A stretch of 63,996 nucleotides of DNA, counting the filler, from Kipferlia bialata (taxonomy: Eukaryota): NCBI GenBank assembly GCA_003568945.1. It is 3 parts of 3 records of this genome, joined end to end, with 100 filler letters (N's around TTAATTAATTAA, not from the genome) between each part and the next. Parts side by side here need not be neighbours in the genome. Positions count along the whole stretch, not along the records: positions 43,420 to 63,996 come from BDIP01000369.1; 2 more parts are not named here. One strand, given 5' to 3'. The translations under genes and the position numbers were made by a program. Position 1 is the stretch's first letter, and every line of letters starts with the position of its first letter. The notes beneath the pieces were generated by a model that saw only the letters and a program-made list of their open reading frames with translations, was not told where the DNA came from and searched no databases. This document shows positions 56,004 to 63,996 of this stretch, piece by piece.

Positions 56004-57636
56004 CGTACTGTGGTCATCGACAACTGTCTCCGTGTCCTCCGACCTCTCCCCTGCACCCTTTTGCCAATCAAAGGCACCAATATCTCTGAGAATAAGGGTG
56101 TAGAGAGAGGGAGAGAGAGACAGTCAAAGGCACCAATATCTCTGAGAATAAGGGTCTAGAGGGAGAGAGAGAGAGAGAGAGACAGTCAAAGGCACTAATG
56201 CCCCTGAGAATAAGGGTGAGGGAGAGAGAGAGAGAGAGAGACAGTCAAAGGCACCAATGTCCCTGAAAATTAGGGGGTAGAGGGAGAGAGAGATGGACAG
56301 TCAAAGACACCAATGTCCCTGACGAATAAGGGTGTAGAGGGAGAGAAGATACAGTTACCTGGTATCTACCAGAGTGTCCGTCACCTGAAGTATATACATT
56401 GAGTAATATACAGAATTAACAATATACAGAAATAACAGAATTGTACAGAGAGAAGGACAATGGTGTGGTATACCTAGTCTCTGCTTCCTCTGCCTGTAGG
56501 GTGTTGGTGCATACATATCATCGTATATATACGTATACATAGTATACATATATTCAGATACATTACAACTATACCTAGTCTCTGCCCCCTCTGCCTCCAG
56601 GGTGTCAGTAGTATAAACATATAACATACATAGAGTATTGAGTACCGTATAGAGACTATAAAATGTATACAATATAAATATGAATGTATATACAATGTCA
56701 TACCTAGTCTCTGCCCCCTCTGCCTCCAGGGTGTCGGTGGGTCTCTCGGTATCCCTCGTGATCAGAGAAAGAGAGAGAGAGAGAGAGGTATCCCAAAGGC
56801 AACAAATACTGAGACAGAGATAGAAAGAGAGAGATTCTGTATATATACCTGAGTGGCTCCAGTGCGGCTGGGAGGAACACTGGTGTGTATACGATGTCAA
56901 TGCCCATGGAGGAGGCATAGTCATCTGGTGTTAGTATATAGTATTATATATATGTATATACTGTATACATTAATATATACATGTACACTGTAACATGTGT
57001 GTAGACTATGTCAATGTCCATGGAGGGGGCAGAGTCGTCTAGATGTGAGATATATATATATGTTCCACATCCGTATATACTGTGTACATGTATTGATATA
57101 TGTACTATAACTTGCGATAACAGAACCAGAGAGGGGGGGGGGGGTATCCTCACCTACGTCTTATACACATATATATACAAATTATCATATATACCTATAT
57201 CCACCACGTCACATGCCACGTTGTCCGTGTCTACTCCTATATATAGTACACTTTAGAGTAATATACAGTAATTACACTCTATATATACCATAAATATACT
57301 ATATACATCATATATACCTATGTCCACCACGTCACATGCCACGTTATCCATGACCATACATACGTAGTAAATATGCAATGTATATATCATACACGCTATG
57401 TCCATACTACATACCTATGTCCACGACGTCACATGCCACGTTGTCCGTGTCCTCATCGTCCAACAACTCATAGACTATGGGGTGACTAAAGGGTTAGATA
57501 CATATGAAAGGTATGAACTATCAGTATACACACACACCTTGCCAGCACTGACAGAGCATCTTCAAACACACTTGGGAACTGCTCAATGATAGGGATCTCC
57601 TCTCCATTGGAAGTAATGCTGGGGGTAAAAGGGCAT

Positions 57637-57671
<35 letters not shown>

Positions 57672-60600
57672 CACCTGCATGGCACGAAGTCTCTGACCAC
57701 CACCAGTGGGTAGACACGCACCCACACCCATATATAGTCATCATGAGATTGCAGGGAGGGAGATACACATATATATAATTATATACCTATGTATCATGCA
57801 TACCTGCAGGGTACAACGTCCCTGACCACCACCAGTGGGTAGAAGTGCTCCACAGTAATATTCTCATATACATACCATACACTGCATATATATCTATTTG
57901 ATATATATGTATATATATACATACCTGCAGGGTACAAAGTCCCTCACCACCACCAGTGGGTAGAAGTATAAATAGACACATACATATATATATATGTATA
58001 TAGTCATTAGGAGAGTGAAGAGAGAGGGGGAGAGAGAGAGATACCTGCATGGCACGAAGTCTCTGACCACTACCAGTGGGTAGAAGTGCTCGACAGTGCG
58101 TGTGGTCTCACCATCCTCCTCAGTCTCAGTCACCTTGACCCTAGGGGTAAGTGTATTACATATATAGTGGATATACACTATACATATACATATATATATA
58201 TATATACGGAGTGGTACTAAAGATGTAATCCTCCTCTGTCTCAGTCACCTTGACCCTAAGGGTAAGTCTATAACCAGTATATACATGTAATGAAACTAAA
58301 CATGTATATCACCCCTCTCCTCTGTCTCAGTCACATTGACCCTAGGGGTTAGAGGGACATACTATATAACTACACAGTATATAACCAGAGATACTGTATA
58401 CAACTGTTACTACTATATACACCGTTCATCCGTTCATTGTACGGTACCTAGGTACAGAGCCTCGTTGCAGCACAGCAGCCAGGTAGGAGTTGTGGTAGGT
58501 GCTAGGGGTGAGAGGGAGAATGAGGGTGAAAAGGTGTTGGAGTCACAAGTGGTAACAGAAGCGAGAGAGAGAGAAATCGACAGTTAAGCCAGGTAGGATT
58601 TAGTGGTAGGTGCTAGGGGTAAGACGGGGGGAGAGAGAGAGAACGGGGGGGTAGGAGGAAAGGATGTTTGGAAGAGTCGCATGGTGACAGAGGCGAGAGA
58701 GTGAGCAAAGGAGAGCTGAAGTCAAGGTACCGTATGTAACTATTCATTTACCTAGCCAAAGAGTTGTCTACGAAGTAGTAGTCCCCCCTGGATGCTGTGA
58801 AGTGCACATCTTCTCTCTCTCTCTATATATATAATACATCTTATATTCAATACGCAATATATATACTCTACCTTGCGAGGGAGTTATCTACGAAGTAGTA
58901 GTCCCCCCTGGATGCAGTGAAGTACCCACACTCTCTCTCAATATATATACAATACATCCTATACACTATACACTATATATACTGTACCTGGCTAACGCGT
59001 TGTCTACGAAGTAGTAATCTCCTCTAGATGCTGTGAAGTGCACACCCTCTATCAGGAACAGGTCAAGGGGGAGGGTCAGAGGGGACCATGTATACTGGAA
59101 AGGATAACCTATGGATTAGAGAGACGGGGGGGGGGGGTATAATGATATATGGGGGAAGAGAGAGAGAGAGAATATCAGGAACAGGTCAAGAGGCAGAGTC
59201 AGAGGGGACCATGTATACTGGAAGGGATAACCTGGTATAAGGGTGTAGAGAGAGAGAGAGAGAGAGAGAGAATATCAGGAACAGGTCAAGGGGGACCAGG
59301 TATACTGGAAGAGATAACCTATGGATTAGAGAGAGAAGTGGGGGGGGGGGCAGGGGTATCCTGATATGAGGGTGTAGAGGGGGAGAGAGAGAGAGGGAGA
59401 ATAATAGGAAGAGGTCAAGGGGGAGGGTCAGAGGGGACCATGTGTATTGGAAGGGGTATCCTGACATAAGGATGTGGAGGGGAGAAGTATAGAGAGAGAC
59501 TCTATCAGAAATATACATCATAGGAGGAACGGGGACACATGGACGAACCAATGTAAAACATAGAATATCGGTGTAAATTCTTTCATATACGTAATACTAA
59601 GTATACGTAATTCCAATGCTATAACAACATAATATCTATGTGTGTGTGAGTATATACACACCTACGTATGTCATGGATGTGTCGATGTTGAGGCCTATCA
59701 AGAGATCAGGGTACTGGTCTCTCAGGTAGGACACAGCTGACATTAAGTGTGTTGATAGAGAGAAAGAGAGAGAAACTCAATGATGTCAAATTCTTATAAG
59801 GAGACTAGAAGTACCACTACACATACCGTTGTAAACGTTCTCTGCCAGGTACCCATTCTCCCCATAGGCAGAGCCAACATCAACCTGAGAATAAGGGTGT
59901 AGAGAGAGAGAGAGAGAGAGAGAGAAAGGGTAAGTCAAAGTAATAGCAACATAATTGTGTTTATATTGTGAAAAGTACCAACGTGTTTTATCCCACCTGT
60001 AGCATAATACCCTCGTATCCCAGTTGTACCAGGACGTGTATATCAATTTGAAGAAGACAATTACAAACATAATTATATCTAACACTCTCTCTTACCTGCA
60101 GCATAATCCCCTCATAACCTAGGTCCACCAGTGTGTCTATGGAGTACTTCCTCTCCAGGGCCTCTGTGGATGTGGATGAAGTGTCTGTACTGCCATGACA
60201 TAGCACTTCTAACCAGTCTTCATGGTCTATAGGTTAGAAGAGAGAGTGATAGTATATATATATATATATATATGAATATATATGTGGTCTCTGTGGATGT
60301 GGATGATGTATCAGTACTTCCGTGACATAGCAAGTCTAGCCAATCATCATGATCTGAAAGTTAGAAGATAGAGTGATAGTATATATATATGTGGTCTCCG
60401 TGGATGTGGATGAGGTATCAGTACTACCATGGCATAGCACATCAAGCCAGTCTTCGTGGTCTATAGGTAAGGGGCATAGCATATTGTAAATATATATTCG
60501 GCTTTACAAATATTATGGGTATAGATGTATCAGTGCTGCCATGGCACAGCACGTCTAACCAATCATCATGATCTAGAACTAAGATAAATACTTGAGATAG

Positions 60601-63263
60601 TATATGTATTGGGACTATAGCAAGAGGTGGAAGTGATGCTATGACAAAGTACGTCAAGCCAATCTGCATGATCTATACGTCAGGGATACAGATGGCTAAT
60701 AGGAGATTAATAGTGCATCCTTTTGTATATTTGTATATAGTATGTTGCATATGTGTGTCGCATACTATATACCTAACCATAACACATCAAAGGAAGTCCA
60801 TACATATATACACACCTGGTACCACCGAGTACCCTCCCCACCCGTTGTGGAGCTGGGGCATGCCGGAGCCTACAGGGTGAGACATATGTAAGACATAGGG
60901 AGAGAGAGAGAGAGACAGAGAGAGAGAGCTGGGGCATGCCGGAGCCTAGACGGTGAGATAGATAAGCACATTACTTATATATCATACCATTAGACGTTAC
61001 ACAATACATGTATAAATACTAACTACAAAGAGAGAGGGAGGAAGAGAGAGAGAAAGACAGAGAGAGAGAGAAAGCTGCGGCATGCCGGAGCCAAGAGGGT
61101 GAGATATGTATACCACATAGAGAGTACAATGAAATTGAATAGAAGAAGTGATCAAAGTATTATAGTATACACAGTACCTGACTCATCGAGGTAGAACCCC
61201 GCTATGCACCCGATATATATATATCACATAGAGACAGAGAGAGAGAGAAGGTGAGGAGGAGAGATACACATATATATGTACATATATATATGTAGTACCT
61301 GACTCATCGAGGTAGAACCCTGCTATGCCTCCGTTGGATGCCTGCAGGGTGCCTGTGGCCTGGGGGTTAAGGGTATTAATGGCAATTAATACATGCATAT
61401 ATAGATAACAGTATATATATATAGTTACATATATATATCAAATATATGAATCTATGCCTGGAGGGTGCCTGTGGCCTGGGGGTAAGGGTACTATTGTAAC
61501 AATATATATATAAACATATATATAAACATATATCTAACTCACAGTATATTTATGTCTGGTGGGTGCCTGTGGCCTGGGGGTGTTAATAGCATATACATAA
61601 GCAAAATTGTGAATCACATATACGTATACAGTTCATGTATACTATATAACATGCACGTATTCATGGATATATGCAACCCTGATTGAATGACCGTGGCCCC
61701 AGTCCTATATACTATAGCATTGGATATATATATATTATTGATATATATATATATATACATATGAATACATATGCACACCTGATTGAATGTTTGTGGCCCC
61801 AGTCCTATATACTATAGCATTGGATATGTATACTATTATTGATATATTTATGAATATATATATATGTATGTATCCACACCTGATTGAATTACTGAGGTCC
61901 CAGCCCTATATACTATAGCATTGGATATATATATATATTATTGATACATTTATGAATATATATATATATATGTATGTATACCTGATTGAATGACTGTGGT
62001 CCCAGCCCGTCCCCTGTGATGGGGCCATATAAAACATAGTATTGGATAAATATATATTATTGATTCATATATATATATATATATATATACATATATATCC
62101 CTACCTGATTAAAGGACTGCGGCCCCAGCCCGTCCCCTGAGATGGGGGCATAGTCGTACAGACCGGCCTCCTTGTCCTAAGGGTAAGACAGGATATATAT
62201 ATATATATATATACATATATATATACTGTATACTCTATATATATAGTATATATACAAATATAAATACTGAATTGGTGCATAGTCGTACAGACCGGCCTGC
62301 TTGTCCTAAGGGTAAGGTGGGACGAACACTGATAGCATACGTCATAGATATGGATATAAAATGAAATGGTAGCATATACTTGTACCTCCCAAATGCACTC
62401 TGGCTGATCCTCATCAATATTGTATAGTATATAATATATAATACATAATATGTCTTCCTCAATATATATGTAGATATGGTGGAATACTCTTGTACCTGAC
62501 ATATGTACACCATGGCATATGCACTCTGACTGATCCTCATCTTGGAGATGGCCTCGAGGTGGTCGTCCTACCATGAGATGTATAGTATAGAACCAATATG
62601 CTATTGAAGAGAGAGAGAGAAAGAAGAAAGGTGCATTTTGTTGTTGATATAAGAGAAGTAATTGGAGATGGCCTCGAGGTGGTCGTCCTAACATGAGATA
62701 TAGGATATAGCAATATAGACACACATATATATATACATAATGTATATACTGTTGATATATAGGTACTGATATTGGAGTATTGGAGATGGCCTCGAGGTGG
62801 TCGTCCTACCATGAGATGTATAGTATAGAACATATATACTATTGAAGAGAGAGAGAGAAAGAAGAAAGGTATACATTGTTCTTGATATAAGAGAAGTATT
62901 GGAGATGGCCTCAAGGTGGTCGTCCTAGCATAAGGGTTTAGACACATATCTTAGAAAATTATATTTCATATTACTATATTACATATTACACTATATTGAT
63001 AGAATGGAAGTAATGAGATCCATGAATTGAATGACTATGGGTGTAATTACTACTATATACTATTATTCACTATGGAGCCCATACCTTGCTTGTCGGACCG
63101 AGGAATGGGTTGATGAAATATCGTATAATGTAAATATCTATATACATTGAAGAGTAAACAGAATATGTATATACTGAGCTAGTGAATATACCTTGCTTGT
63201 TGGTCCGAGGAACGGGTTGATGATCAGAATGGGGTGGTCCCAGACTGGTGGGTGAATAAAGGG

Positions 63264-63297
<34 letters not shown>

Positions 63298-63608
63298 AGG
63301 AATGGGGTGGTCCCAGACTGGAGGGTGAATAAAGGGTTCAGAGAGAGAGAGAGAGAGAGAGAGAGAATAGGGTGGTCCCAGACTGGAGGGTGAAAAAAGG
63401 ATGCAGGGAGAGAGAGACAGAGAGAGAGATTGCTTACGGGATAGTCATAGATTGTGTGAATGAAGGGTGTGGTAGAGATACATAACAAACAACATAATAT
63501 ATATATACCAGAAAAAACCAATATAATATATACCTGAGTATATGTTGGCAATGTCCCACGTGTGCATCAGAGTGGCCACGCCTGGGGGTAAAGAGAGATT
63601 AAGGGTGT

Positions 63609-63643
<35 letters not shown>

Positions 63644-63928
63644 AGCAGTAAGTGCTTCAGAGTGGCCACGCCTGGGGGTAAAAAGGGTGTAGCGGGAGAG
63701 AATATATAGAAACATGTGTAAAAAGGGTGTAGCGGGAGAGAGAAATGTATATGGAGTGTGTCAGTGAACAGAAAGAACGATAAGGTGAGGGTTTACATGT
63801 CACTACAAGGCTCTCTCTCTCTCTGTATTTCTCTCTATATATATAGAATACATATACAACATATATACCTGTCGTGACTGTGATCCTCTCTGGTGGGTCC
63901 ATGTACACTAGCCCACAGGACACAAGGC
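43420..63928 (-). CDS. Very large multi-exon extracellular-type protein (dozens of short exons); probably the N-terminal part of the 35-43 kb gene; start lies outside the window
   Basis: Continuous series of minus-strand exons with standard signals and beta-strand-like T/S/V/Y/D-rich peptides: GYPFQYTWSPLTLPLDLFLIEGVHFTASRGDYYFVDN, HFYPLVVVRDFVPC, LHVSVRAESAAGYSSDGIG, GALSLIGGVR, VVGTVQYAVDA. No terminal exon was seen before the linker, and not all phases were verified. Confidence 0.6.
58752..59461 (-). repeat. Half-exon echo stack around exon 58988-59108
   Basis: Two 3'-half copies (58752, 58872) and three or four 5'-half copies (59173-59461). Confidence 0.9.
59997..60672 (-). repeat. Half-exon echo stack around exon 60096-60226
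   Basis: Four 5'-half copies starting at 60353, 60460, 60572 and 60672, and one 3'-half copy ending at 59997. Confidence 0.9.
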
Positions 63929-63960
63929 CTGACGTAAGGGCGTAGGGAGAGAGAGAGAGG

Positions 63961-63992
<32 letters not shown>

Positions 63993-63996
63993 AACC

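Noticed and set aside
56086..56345. Regularly spaced repeats resembling a CRISPR array (also 46.7-47.2 kb and 61.7-62.1 kb)
   Set aside because: The repeats are copies of splice site plus exon end, the spacers are microsatellite-rich intron DNA, and there are no cas genes.
57674..58140. YPLVVVRDFVPC copies as Dscam-style mutually exclusive exons
   Set aside because: Only one copy has both acceptor and donor; the others start mid-exon after microsatellite DNA, so they are treated as echoes.

Overview
Intron-rich eukaryotic (protist-type) genomic DNA. The short exons, (TA)n/(GA)n-rich introns and branch point fused to the 3' splice site resemble a free-living fornicate such as Kipferlia (inference, unverified). 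The window is a concatenation of contigs: TTAATTAATTAA linkers sit at 21690 and 43364, and poly-G/C junctions truncate several genes. Manual splicing gives a truncated hypothetical gene, a TM2-domain gene, a ~12.5 kb multi-transmembrane patatin/cPLA2-like lipase gene, two tandem NEK-like kinases, a CFAP53/TPH-like coiled-coil gene, an orphan membrane-protein gene, two kelch-like genes, and a very large kelch + Cys-rich (PSI-like) type I membrane-protein gene that probably extends from 35 kb to the window end. The most striking signal is intronic stacks of half-exon 'echoes'. 5' halves with intact acceptors lie upstream of the real exon and 3' halves with intact donors lie downstream. These copies differ from the exon and from each other mainly at synonymous codon positions, which is not expected of neutrally decaying intronic duplicates. 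All exon models are hand-derived and approximate.
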